Below the pieces are notes generated by a model that was not told the DNA's origin, made no database searches, and saw only the letters and a program-made list of their open reading frames with translations. From Tricharina praecox (Eukaryota), in assembly GCF_024521635.1 (NCBI RefSeq), contig NW_026250404.1, positions 1,302,001 through 1,366,000 on the forward strand: DNA of 64,000 nt. Reading direction: 5' to 3'. Both the position numbers and the translations under genes were made by a program. Below, piece by piece: positions 27,154-39,065 of the stretch (position 1 is its first letter; each line of letters starts with the position of its first letter).

Positions 27154-27726
27154 GACTGGACACACACTACATGCTGACGGTTCCGAAACCCCCGCTCTCA
27201 GCGGAGCAGAAATGAATTCTGACTTTCCGGTCACTATTGCGATGTCCCTTAACACCGTTGCCCCAGACGACTCTGAAGTTGAGGACTTCGATAACGAAGA
27301 AGAAGAGGACCAAGACGAGGACGCAGTCAGCCCATCTTTTCCACGCACCACAGGAAGAAGACGCAGAAGATTCCGACAACGATCCGGAAAAATACTGGAC
27401 TTATACTATGCGCAGTACCAGTACCTGGAATCGAAGAGACCACACACTTCCCGTTGTAGCCATTGGTACTGCGCATAGTATAAGTCCAGTATTTTTCCGG
27501 ATCGTTGTCCGAATCTTCTACGTCTTCCTGTGGTGCGTGGAACGATGGGCTAAGCGCGTACTCGTCTTGGTCCTCTTCTTCTTCAATCTGAGTCCTCAAC
27601 TTCAGAGTCGTCTGGGGCAACGGTGTTAAGGGACATCGCAATAGTGACCGGAAAGTCAGAATTCATTTCTGCTCCGCTGAGAGTGGGGGTTTCGGAACCG
27701 TCAGCATGTAGTGTTTGTGTCCAGTC
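27154..27726. repeat. Long inverted repeat: arms 27154-27420 and 27464-27726, 43-nt spacer
   Basis: The arms are reverse complements, with perfect blocks of 93 bp (27195-27287/27591-27683) and 46 bp (27375-27420/27464-27509). Confidence 0.97.
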
Positions 27727-29039
27727 TCTAACTATCAATGGCGACTGAGACATCCCTGGGGGGTGGAGGACATCGCCATCGTGCTCGGTGAAGAGTATGT
27801 ACAATTGCTGTATTGCAGTGGAGTTTCGGATAGGCAGGGCGTTTCCGGTTTTTTCGCCGGCAAAGACCTTAAGTGCGAGTATCGCCTGAGAGGATTGCCG
27901 AACTGCGTGGCTTCCAAATGTCGTAGTTGTCTAAGGAAAGTTTCTCGATGGATCCGTAGCAACCAAAGGTTTATCCGCAGGAGGTGGGTTATAAGTTGTT
28001 TGAATAGTATGGTAGCTATGGAAGGATATTCTGATTAAGGCGCTGGTCCGGGCTCATAACCTATTGGAATGTGTGAACAAGTATTGTATTGTTTGGGTCT
28101 GAAAGCCTCGAGAGAAGACAGGAAAGAGGGGTGGTAGGCGGCCAGTGCTTCCCGCCGTCATGACCGCGTAAGCGACCAACGTGTGAGATGTTACAACCGC
28201 TGCCTGTGACGTTACGAGTGACACCTTGTGAGCATTAGTGCTTCATGTCCTTTGACTGGATCACTGGTTATTCCAGAGCTTCAAATCGTCCCGTCGCTGA
28301 CCTGATTGTCTTTAGACCATCATATTAACGATCTCTTGATGCCTCCATAGACGCTTTTGGAGGTCACGGTCATGGGAGTGATGCCCCTTACGTAACCTTT
28401 CCATTCCTCCCCTTCCTGTTGGATGTGAGCTGCATATTCTGATGCGGGAATGAGGCATAGACGTTTGACAGCTGCATGCGTTGGTTATGCCAGGGCGGAT
28501 CGGGAGGATGAGGCAGGTCTATATTCAGTTTCGGTTGAGCAAAGTTCAAACAGCAGGAGTTCTCGTTGGTCGTGTAGGATGGTATCTATGTGCAGCCCTC
28601 TGATTGTCACGACCGGTTCCGGTCGAGTACGGAACGATGAAACAACAAAGATAGTGAGCGTACTGAGGCGGGTAGTGGAGACGGGTGGCCCATCGAATGA
28701 CTAAACAACAAAGTGCAGCACACTGATCGTCCCACGTAACTCTAACCAATGAGGGATTCTAGGCCCTTTTCCCTAACTAAACCCTGTGCCGTTGCACTCG
28801 CTAACCGCCCTTGCAGGGCTGCAGTGACCAGGCGGGACTCGGTATCACCTCAAAAGAGAGCTACTCAAGCCGGCCCACGCGCAACACCGCCAAGAATCGA
28901 TCTACAAAGTCTCGCCATGATCTACGGCACTCATTCAGTTGCACTGTGCAGGGCTTCTTCTCTGGCTGTCCCTTCCAAAGTGCGTTTTCTGTTACATAGC
29001 AACGGCCCGATCAACGCTCGGATAAAGGAAAGTGAAATT

Positions 29040-30198
29040 TCATGCCGATATCGGCCTAGGTGCCAGCCCTATCACAATTGCAACCTCCACCTTCTCACCA
29101 TCACCACGACCACCACCGCCATTCCCATTCCCATCCCCACCAGTGTTCCCAGTATTCCCACGCCAACTCGCCAGCGTACAGTTCGACGAAGACATATCAC
29201 CCTGACTTTTCCCGCTCTCCCGATCACCGGTCGTCGTCCTCTCTCCGGAGACGTAGCTCGCCAACTCCCCGGCCGCCGTCGGTGCAGGCGACGTATTCGT
29301 TTTCCGCCGCCACAGGCTCCGCAGCGATGGTAAGCAGAAGGCAATGCTGGCTGTGCAGTACTCCACGGCGTTCCAGACTTCGATTGTCTCGTTGAGTGCG
29401 ATGGCTTCGTATATATCATCCGCAAGGATGTAGCGCCGGATGAACAGGTACCGGACGAAGGAGGCGAGGATGGAGATGCCGCCGACGAAGTAGACGAAGC
29501 AGAGTGACCACCAGGCTACGGTGCCTAGACGAATCTCGCGGAGGACCATGAGGGGAACAATGAGCACTTGTTACACACTTCGTCAGTTGAGGCACAGGTG
29601 ACGGCGGAGGAGGAAGACGTACATGCAATGTCCGAAATCATGTTGACGGTCGTCATCCACGACATGCACGGAACGTTGAGAGGAAGGCAGTACAGTGCGT
29701 GGAGGCTTATACTCCCCACGAAAGCGAGAAAGACGATGACCACGGTCATCCACAGTACGCCCCTTGCCCACCTGTTGCAGTAGGGCACTATACGGAAGTA
29801 CGTGGACAGGAACGCGGTCTTTATGAACCACAGCGTGAACACATACCAGTATCCCCCGAGCCGGAAGAACTATCGGGCCGTTAACATCGGAGTGCGCGGC
29901 ATTAGGAGGAGAGCAGACGCACCGTTGATGTGGGATCCACTTGCACTGGTGACAGACCAACTGGGTTCACCAGCCATTTCAGCAACTGAACGCGTGCGCG
30001 TGTATTGACGATCGTCCATGTAAGAATGAAGAGGTTTCCGAGCACAAGGGCGACATTCCCGACAAGGTATGTTTTCGGGAGTGGATCGAGTTTGAGACGA
30101 CGTTGGTGGTGGAATCTGAGGCCAGTGATAACCAGGACCAGACAGGTTAATGTGATGTCGAGGGCGATGTAACCGCTGATTTTGTGTGTCCACTGCAT
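29040..30198 (-). CDS. PTH11-like (fungal rhodopsin-domain) integral membrane protein; exons 30198-29923, 29869-29623, 29566-29040
   Basis: Multiple hydrophobic helices with family motifs ITGLRF, LWFIKTAFLSTYFRI, NMISDIALLIVPLMVL, ILASFVRY and VEYCTASIAFCLPSLR. No CFEM domain seen. Confidence 0.85.
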
Positions 30199-33100
30199 TT
30201 TTGATGCTTCTTCGCTTGTTTGAAGGATGAGAAGATGGCCAGCCTTCAACCCAGGGACCGTATGAACATAATACCTCGACTCTCAATTTGCGGCAGGCAG
30301 CATGTTGGAGTCAACGCACGCGGCCTCCTGCGATGTGGGGGGCTGGGGGGAAGTCCATAAGTATTTCCCATGTGGACGGCGACAAAGGGCCCAGGGGTGA
30401 TAACAACAAAGAAGAAGAAGCAAAACCATACCCCGCTGCTTGCATCACGCGTGAGGCAGTGATTTTGCCGGGTCGGGAGATGACCGAGAAAACAAACCGC
30501 ACGGCTCGCAAGCTCACACGACAAAGGTGAAACTTGTCAGCCAGAATTTCAAAGTAATGGCATTTTATCACCAATCTCATCAACGATGAGAAGTGCTTCG
30601 CTAATCTGCTAGGCAGTAGGCTGATACTACAGCATAGTTACTCTTGTGCAGATGTGATATATCGTGATCACCATCGTTCTAGGCCGCTGCGCAAGCTCGC
30701 GGCACAAAGCAAAGCCCCGTATTTTGGAACACTGCCATGCACAGGATGGAGATTCGCATCCAGCATTGGCCCCTATAAATGGAACGTGGGGGAGTGGGGT
30801 ATTCCGGACGGGGCAGTTTATCGATTTCAGCTCGTAAATAACTGTATGCACCCCACGGCAAGGTTCGCTTAGCTCGCTTCTTCCCGCGTACCACTGGGCT
30901 GGCTACGCAAGCATGACACGACGGATTTTGACGAAGAAGGCATTGATTCGGCGAGAGCCATCAGTCCAGACTCCAGAGCACGCAAAGACATGTGGGAGTA
31001 ACGTTTTCCCCCCAAGCTTCCGATTCTCGCTTGTAATAGCTGGGAAAAGGCAAGGCTCCTGCGCCTGCTCGTATCGGCTTGCTAAAATTTTAGGCTGAGT
31101 GGGCAATCCCGGCGGAACGGATGAACGGGCCCGGGTCCGAAAACGATTGCTCCGGAACGGGGAGATCAACGAGGCTTTAACTCCATGTCCCGAGCTTCTT
31201 CAAGGAGAACTGGGAGCATTTCCGGCAGAGAACACGTTGTTTTCATATTTACCAGGAAATGGGGTCGAACTACCCGGGAGGGACCCTATGAAATGTTGGT
31301 GCTCACCCGTCCCAGGTCATTACCGGTGCAGTTAATACCTGACTTGTAATTTCTCAGAGGCGTGTTTGCCATGCTTCCCTAAAGTGGTGCAATAATGCGA
31401 ACCATTTGCATGCATATCTACATACCTCTGGGCTCGATTCTGCCGCAGAGACGCTTCCAGGTCGTTCGAAAAACTGCCGTCAAATGTCGGGAAATAATAA
31501 ACAATGAGCGATGTCGGGCCGGACACTGGCTGTGAGGATTGAAGGTATGGTATACCTACATATAGTATATAGCATCCTCTCTCCGGATGAAGTTGATATG
31601 CAGGGACCTCAGACCTGGGATAACTTTTCTCGTTTCATCGTCTTTGCATCCGGTCAGCTTCGCCACGGAGGGCATTTATTCCAATTCTGACACCCCGAAA
31701 GTGCGATATAATTGGGCCTCCTTGGTTCGTTCGTTATGTACAAATGTTCAATCATGCCGTACTCGTATTTAATCGGTAGAGATTAAATATGGCTGCATAC
31801 ACTTTTTCTCCTGTGTATTCTTCCTGCGGTACGGATCACTGTCTCGGTGTGATAACCTCGACTCCCGTGCCCTCCGCCTACCCACTCACCATTCCCCACT
31901 CTCCTTAACTCCGTCCAGAAACTCACCGATATCCCAATGCAGACGATATCGTCTCTGACTACGGTGGAGGTGGGTTGGACGGTCCAAAGAATCAGACTGC
32001 TGGCTCTGGGTTGATTCAGCGAGTGATTATCCATGTTCACTACCAATTATGAGTAGTAGTCACAGCTTCTCACCCCCACAAACTATCCGATTCCCCCTCA
32101 AAACAATCTTCTTGAAAATATTGATTGTACTCTACTCTAACTAGAGCACCTCGACCATATCCGGCCGCGCAATCAGCCGCAACTACCGAAGCTGCTGGAA
32201 AGAGCATCCGGGGTTGGGGAGGGTATATGATGTTGGTTAACTATCATAAGTAGTATCATCTTATGCCAGATCCGGATTCGGAACATGAATGCTGGAGCTC
32301 GAGCACTGTCTCTCTCAACTCTCAACTATCAACTCTCGGGAACCTGGAGGGGTACCAGCACACTCGCAGCGAGTCAAAGACATGCGACATGCGAAATGCG
32401 AAATGCGAATCCGATCGAAATCCCGTTTCGGATACCTAGGGCTCTTGGTCCTTGGATATGTATGCACCTATATAGCGGCGGGGTGGGGTTACGACAGCGG
32501 CGGAGGTCAGAGCTGCCTATGTCTCTACCGGGCCTCCCAGCCAGCGAGCTGAAGACAACGTATTCCGCACGGTTGAAGGATCTAACGAGTAACGAAGCCA
32601 CGGTTGACACCCACCTCCCTTCTCCACGGTACCGCTGGTCCGTTGCACTACTAGGTACATAGTAAATTCCCAACAATCCACGGGATATCGATCGACACTC
32701 CGCGCGCGCGAGCGCGCATGTGCATGCCTCGCGAGTCATAAAAGGCCGATGGATGGTGTGGCATGTGCGCGAGAATCGAAGGAAAGGAAAGGAAGGTGCC
32801 GGGCGAGCGCGCGCCTTGGGTGCGGAGCGGGAAGGTGAGCAGAGCAGATCAGCGGTGTCCGAGGCTCCGAGTCTCCGAGTTTCCGAGGTACGGTATGAAT
32901 GATGCATCATAGATATGCATGGTCTCGCCCAGCCTTTGGACTACGGTAGGTAGGTTAGGTATGCATACGTTCGATGGCAGCAAAACACATGCCGCCCGCC
33001 CGCTTGGAAGTTTGCTCCAGCCTCCACGTGTCGACATCCATATCCAAAATCCAAATCCAAGTTTCGCACTCCCGATTCCCATTCCCGGTTCTCGATCCCC

Positions 33101-35858
33101 AATTCCCGGAAAACAGTGCCCACAAAGCCACCAGTATGTACTCTACTATATCCCAAGGAACTTCTTCGGTGGGAGTCGGGCGGAGGGCCAACTAGCCCAC
33201 TAGGCAGCCAGGGCTCCAGGGCCCCGCTTGGGGGTACTTCGACAGCACGCCCGCGCCATGTGGTCCGTTACAACTCGCAACTTGCGTATGCATTTATCCA
33301 CCCTCGGTTTCCTCTCGCGTAACTAGATGGATGAATATGGATATGTATGTGGTTTCCTCTCGGCTCCAGCACAGCACCGATGATGGTTCTCCAACCGTAC
33401 GAGAGATCGCCAGACCGGGACCGGGAACGGGGGAGCTAACCAAGGTAGCGGTTATATAGTAGGAAGTACTCTACATAGATACTCTTGACCACCCCCCGCC
33501 CCCGCGGCCCCGCCCCCACCCCCACCCACGCTGGGAGCCTAAGTACAAGTCGGAAGGAGCCAGAGTGCGCGGACCAATTCGGTGCCGCCGAACCGAACCG
33601 AATACGCATGGAAAACTGGAGTCTGGTGGTGGGTGCGAGAACTGGTGGGTGCGTGAACTGGTGGGTGCTTGACAGACACTGGACAGCCCGGCGGAAACGC
33701 CGGGAGAGGTCTGGATGTCTCGCGCTTGCTTGGACATCAGTAGATACTCTAGATGCTAGGACGAGCACGTGGGGGTACTCTACTCGTACCGGTATGTACT
33801 TAGGGGAACACACAAATACCGGTACCGGTAGGTACAGACCTGACTGCGTTGGACCGCAAAGTCGAATCGAAGGGGAGTGAAGGAGAAGGACAAGGAAAGG
33901 AAACGGGGGGTATGATGCAGAAAGTTAATAGGAGGAGGAGGAGTAGTGCATCCTCTCAAAGTACCGGTAGGTATCATAGACACTCAATTTCTCTCGGCAT
34001 TCCGTCCCCCAGGCCGAGTGCAACAGCGCAACAGCGCTCGACAATTCCTGCCGAGAGTTGGAGTCGACGATGGACCTTGAAGATTTCACAAGCTACCACC
34101 TACTTGCATGAATTCCCCATCCCCGTAACCATATCTTCTCCCTCGTCGCCTCCTTTCCATGTCTCATAGGTACCTAGGCCTGCGGCTTGCCGGGACTGTT
34201 CGAGTCATGTGTGAGCCCTACCGTATCTCTGGGCCCGGCATATGAGAGCCATAACTACTAGAGAGAAGAAGGGCGCGAGGACCGCTCAGAGCATCCGGTT
34301 GCCCTTTCGCGCGGATACGCTACGGTACGCTACGGTTCTGTGTCTGTGTCCGTGTCTGTGTCTATGTCTGTCTGTGGCCACAATCTCCCGCTCCCGCTCC
34401 CGTTCCTGTGGATGCACATACATACGGTGGATACATACGGTGGATACATACCACAACTTGTTGAACTCGTACATGGGTAACTACCGTATCACAGCAATCC
34501 GCCGTTCCACTCCACTCCACTGGAAGGAAGGAAGCGAGAGAGGTGGAGGAGGATGAGGTGGAGGAAGCGAGCGAACGGCAATATGTAGATCGGACAAGAT
34601 CGAACCGCCACTTGCTACCTGCTACTGGCCTTCACGAGATTCCCATGATCCCATCCTGGCCAGCCGCCATTCAGACTCTAGAGCAGAATAGCGTATGTTA
34701 CAGTGTCAGCCGTTCATGCAAGTGGCGATTAGTCAGACAGGACATGGCTGACTTCAGCCGTACCGGACACAAACATCCAAGCATGTGTTTCTACACGTGG
34801 GATCTTCACTGTTTAAAGATTCATCTTTGAGCTCACGGATTCGAGATGGCTGCCCCTCCCCCCATGGCGGAGAGAGATGATCGATCGATCATCGAGGTAT
34901 CGTGGTCCGTAGTCCGTGGCAGGTGGGCGGGTGGGTGTGGGGGAGGTGAAAAAGGAAATGGCCATGAAGCATGAAGGGAAGAGGGGACGCTCGTTAACCT
35001 ACTCTATGTCCACGTGTGTGTGGATTCGTAACTATCGGAGAAGAGCGGGTGTCGTGGTTGTGGGGAGAGGGGCAGCCTGGCAGGAGATTGTGGGGTTTGT
35101 TTTTCTCGATGGCGGGGTTTTGTCCTGCTTGTCGTGGATCTGTTTTGTTTTTTTGTATGAAGAGCTGTCTTCTGACGCCAGGCAGAGGGAACCGGAAAGC
35201 TTGATTTTGGGTGATCCGTAGATATTAGGCTTGGATTTACACGATGCGGCCAGCTGGAAGCCGCTGCAGGTTTGCCCTCTCGCACCCACTACCACCACTA
35301 TGAAGCGGATCCTCCACACTCTACTGCACCAGCTCACCCTACATACACACCTACATGCCCACCACCTCACGTGGTTTGGCTCGTCTATACTACCTACTAA
35401 TACTACTAGTAGTAAGCGATCAACGAGCGAGCGACTGAGGTGTGTGTGTATGGGCTACCGCATATACATACATCTAAAAAACGAGATCAGCATCATGGGG
35501 TGGAAATCGAAAAGTGGATGGATGACCACGGAAAGTCGCATATAGTAAAGACGGATTACATAGGTCCAGTGGTCCACGCCCGTCGCCCAAGTTTACGCTC
35601 GCGGCAGCATCGTAACTACTATAGGCATGCGCGGTAATGTGGGTGGATGGCCTCATAGGTAGATGGATGGTCTCATAGATGGATGGTCTCATGGATGGGT
35701 GCGTGGATGGATGCGTGAATGCGAACGGACTGACGGCGGAAGCCGCTACCTCGCTCGGGCGAGAATCACAGAATCACTGGTTGGGTTTTTCGTATTCGCA
35801 CTCGTTCCGTTCTCCGTTTTCCCTTCTGGTACATTCATGCGTAAATAAGAACTTAGAT

Positions 35859-35913
35859 AGGTAGTGGTAGGTAGTGGTAGGTAGTTGTAGGTAGTTGTAG
35901 GTAGTGGTAGGTA
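35859..35913. repeat. 10-bp tandem repeat (AGGTAGTKGT) x~5
   Basis: aggtagtggt/aggtagttgt units seen directly. Confidence 0.85.
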
Positions 35914-36873
35914 CCTACGGTATGAGGGTACCGTACCGTACAGCGCCGAGGCTGCTGGGCTGGCCCTGCGCGCCTGTCGGCCGCCGACCGCCAGCGTTTG
36001 CCTACCGAGAAACGTACCTAGAAGCCGCGGCTGGCTACTAATTAGTAGGAACTGGATCGGGTCTATGGGTTAAAATCTTATATACAGTAGAGTATGATAC
36101 CCAGATATTACGAGGAAGGTACCTATCCCACCTTCCCGGCCAGATCAGATCGAATGGGGAATTCTCTCGTTCGGTTCGCCTGGTGGTAGGTATTTTGATG
36201 GCATGCGAAACACTCATCTTTTGAAACCTGCAGCGCTGTCTGGTAGCGACTGCTAACAGGTATGTACCTAATTGCCATGGTTATCGCACGCTACCTACCG
36301 TAACTATTGCGATGGAGTGGATCATAGGTATCATATCTATCCTCGGACTAAGCAAGTAGGAACTGCCGGCTTGCCTCTTGCCTCTTGCTTCTTGCCTCTT
36401 GGGGTTTCGGCCACCTGAACCTGAACCTCGAGTTCTGGATCTCGGGATTCGACCACGTTCCTATCCTACCGGTATCCTATCTCACCCGAAACGGTGCATG
36501 GACGAGTGCAAGCCAGGTGCTGCCTAGTTGGTTGGTTGGTTGGTTGGTTATGTGGCTATGCAAATGCACCAGCTTTGTCGGTGCATGTTGGCCATACAGC
36601 GGTAGAGTCATGGAGGGAGGGTATGTATCTCGGCCATGGTTACATACGAGACAAGACAAGACAAGACCCCTCAAACCAGCAGATCTGTGGGTATAGTATG
36701 GTATGCACGAACGGCGTAACTACTTGGATAGCAGTACCATGTAGTATGCACATAATCTCAAGAAACATGGTAAAGTGGGCGGCAGCGGTCGTGGTTGATG
36801 CGGGATTTCCACGGGCGCACACGAGTCACGGTTCTTCTTCTTCTTCTTCTCCTCGCTGGCTGGCTGTCCTGTC

Positions 36874-36923
36874 GTTGGTTGGTTGGTTGGTTGGTTGGTT
36901 GGTTGGTTGGTTGGTTGGTTGGT
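36874..36923. repeat. (GTTG)n microsatellite
   Basis: Seen directly. Confidence 0.95.
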
Positions 36924-39018
36924 GCCGACTCCGAGTGGCTGAGTGACCGCAGGCCCGCAGTTGCCTTGGCCCCGCCGCCACTTCTGCGCGGTATGCTATG
37001 TAGAGTTTGTATGTATGTGCCTACTTTAGAGTTAAAGCTCCGCGAACAGCCACGTTGCTTGTCACTTGCCTCATGGACGGGAACCCTTGCTAGTTATGAA
37101 CTCGCAGCTGTCGAGAGGAGTAAGGCCGCACGCATCCCTGTAACTTCGTATAGAGTGTGCGCTGTGTAGTGCACATATGTACCGTATGGTTGTTGCGGCA
37201 TTGCGCGACACGGCTACTGCTACTGCCGCAGCGGCGTTGATGACGGCGGCGGCGGCAGTGATGACGGCGGCCGCGAGAGGATGGGTGCTGGTACCGGTAT
37301 GTATCGTCCGGCGTGGATACCTATGCGACGGTTGGTTAGCCTCCACTGCTGTTGGAGTAGGTACATAAGCAAGTACTTGGGTAGGTGGGTAAGTACTTGC
37401 CCAGGTATCTTGCAGAAAACCCAGGGCCGGAGACTTGCAACCTGCTCGGGCATCATTGTCCCTCTTCTTCACCCGCATTCGGCCGTGGCCGTGGACTGGT
37501 CAGTTACGTGGTAACAAGTACAATACGTACCACCGTATCGTACCCGGTAATAACCCGCTGGACTTGGAAGTTGTCGGGCTATGCCCGACAGTCCGACAGT
37601 CCAAGCAACTGCACACGGTGCGACCCCAGCTGCATGCGAGAACCCGTCCTTCAAACACGGTGCCGGCCGGCCGCCGGATGCGGCGTCTGGATACCGTAGT
37701 TAGCTGGACCGCCGGAACTCGAGGTCTCGAAGGGTATGATATCGTCAGCAGTTCTGGATGTAGGTACCTGGCAGCGAGATGGGGGAGAGCCCGGAGGGGG
37801 GGCGCGCGGCCGCGGATGCAAACGACACCCACCCACCCACCCACCCCCCACAGCAGCCGCAGCAGCCTCCCGTTCTGTGGGCCTGTGGCCACCGGATTGA
37901 CACGGGGATCGGTGGGAACGAGTAGAATAGTAGTAGCCGTACTCGAGAGAACGGACGGACGGCGTTCGATCGATCCTGAGGCTTCAATGTATGGCTCAAG
38001 CTAAGTTAAGCTCGCAACAGTGCATCGTGTAGATCATGCACACAGAGTACTGTACACGATCCACTCCGTCCACTGCATAGACGACTATACACGATCCACG
38101 TCGTCCATCGTGGGACTCCTTACCAAACTCTGGTCGTAAGCAAATCGTGACCAGTCTCCAACATCGATCGAACGCACGTACGCACGCCCGGACATCTCAA
38201 GAATCGGACACCGCCGGAAAACGTGGCACAGCGGGAGCGGGTGGGGGGCATCGACGATGACCCTCGTGTGAGACCAGCAAGCGAGCCAGCATGTTCCGAC
38301 CAACCATACCGGTACATTAGGTAAATACCATCTCGACGGATCTCCGGGGGTAAGTGATTGTGAATCTCGTCGTCGATCGTTTGCGGATTCCATTCCATTC
38401 ACATTCGAATTCGGCGGACTACGGTACTAGCTCTCGCACGTTGTTTCGGCGGCGGAAGCGAAAGTGAAAGCGGCGAACGTTGTTGCTCGCACGCGTCCGG
38501 CCGTGACCAGCGGAGAGGAAAGCCACAGAGCCTAGAGGAACCACACATCTCGTCCTACCCTCTCGGTTCTGGTTCTTTTCTTTGCAACATAGATCTCGGG
38601 AGAATGTGCTGCGGCAGTTCGGGTCGCAACAGCTTTTTCTCCGATCCTTTACTGCATTGTACATATTATGATAGTCTGGTAGTGTGGGATTCGGGGGGCC
38701 GGACCCGATTCGGTCGCCTCAATGTTGAGATGTTCTCTGTTGCTGCTTCTATGATCGCCTACCTAGTCGGCCAGTCTGTTGTTCTGAAGACACGAGACAT
38801 CAGACATTATCACCACCATCAGGTATTATTAGGACCCGTTTGGATACGCTCACTTTTCAGTTCCAATTTTAGAGCCAAATTCAGTTCCTGAAAAAACTGA
38901 CAGTTTTCGCTAACTAGTCCTCTCCGTCGTTGCATGCGGCCGCCCTGCGCTTCTCGATGCCGGCGGTCTTCCTCTTCCTCAGCTTGGCGAGCACGGAGGC
39001 GATGGCTGTGCCGACTGA

Positions 39019-39025
39019 CTGGCTG

Positions 39026-39063
<38 letters not shown>
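39019..39063. repeat. (CTGG)n microsatellite, imperfect
   Basis: Seen directly. Confidence 0.9.

Positions 39064-39065
<2 letters not shown>

Noticed and set aside
27124..27177. ATGATGA...CTGA box C/D snoRNA-like pair
   Set aside because: No terminal stem or identifiable rRNA guide, and it overlaps the inverted-repeat arm.
31783..32046. DDIV, resembling the RT YxDD motif
   Set aside because: No other RT motifs; probably chance.
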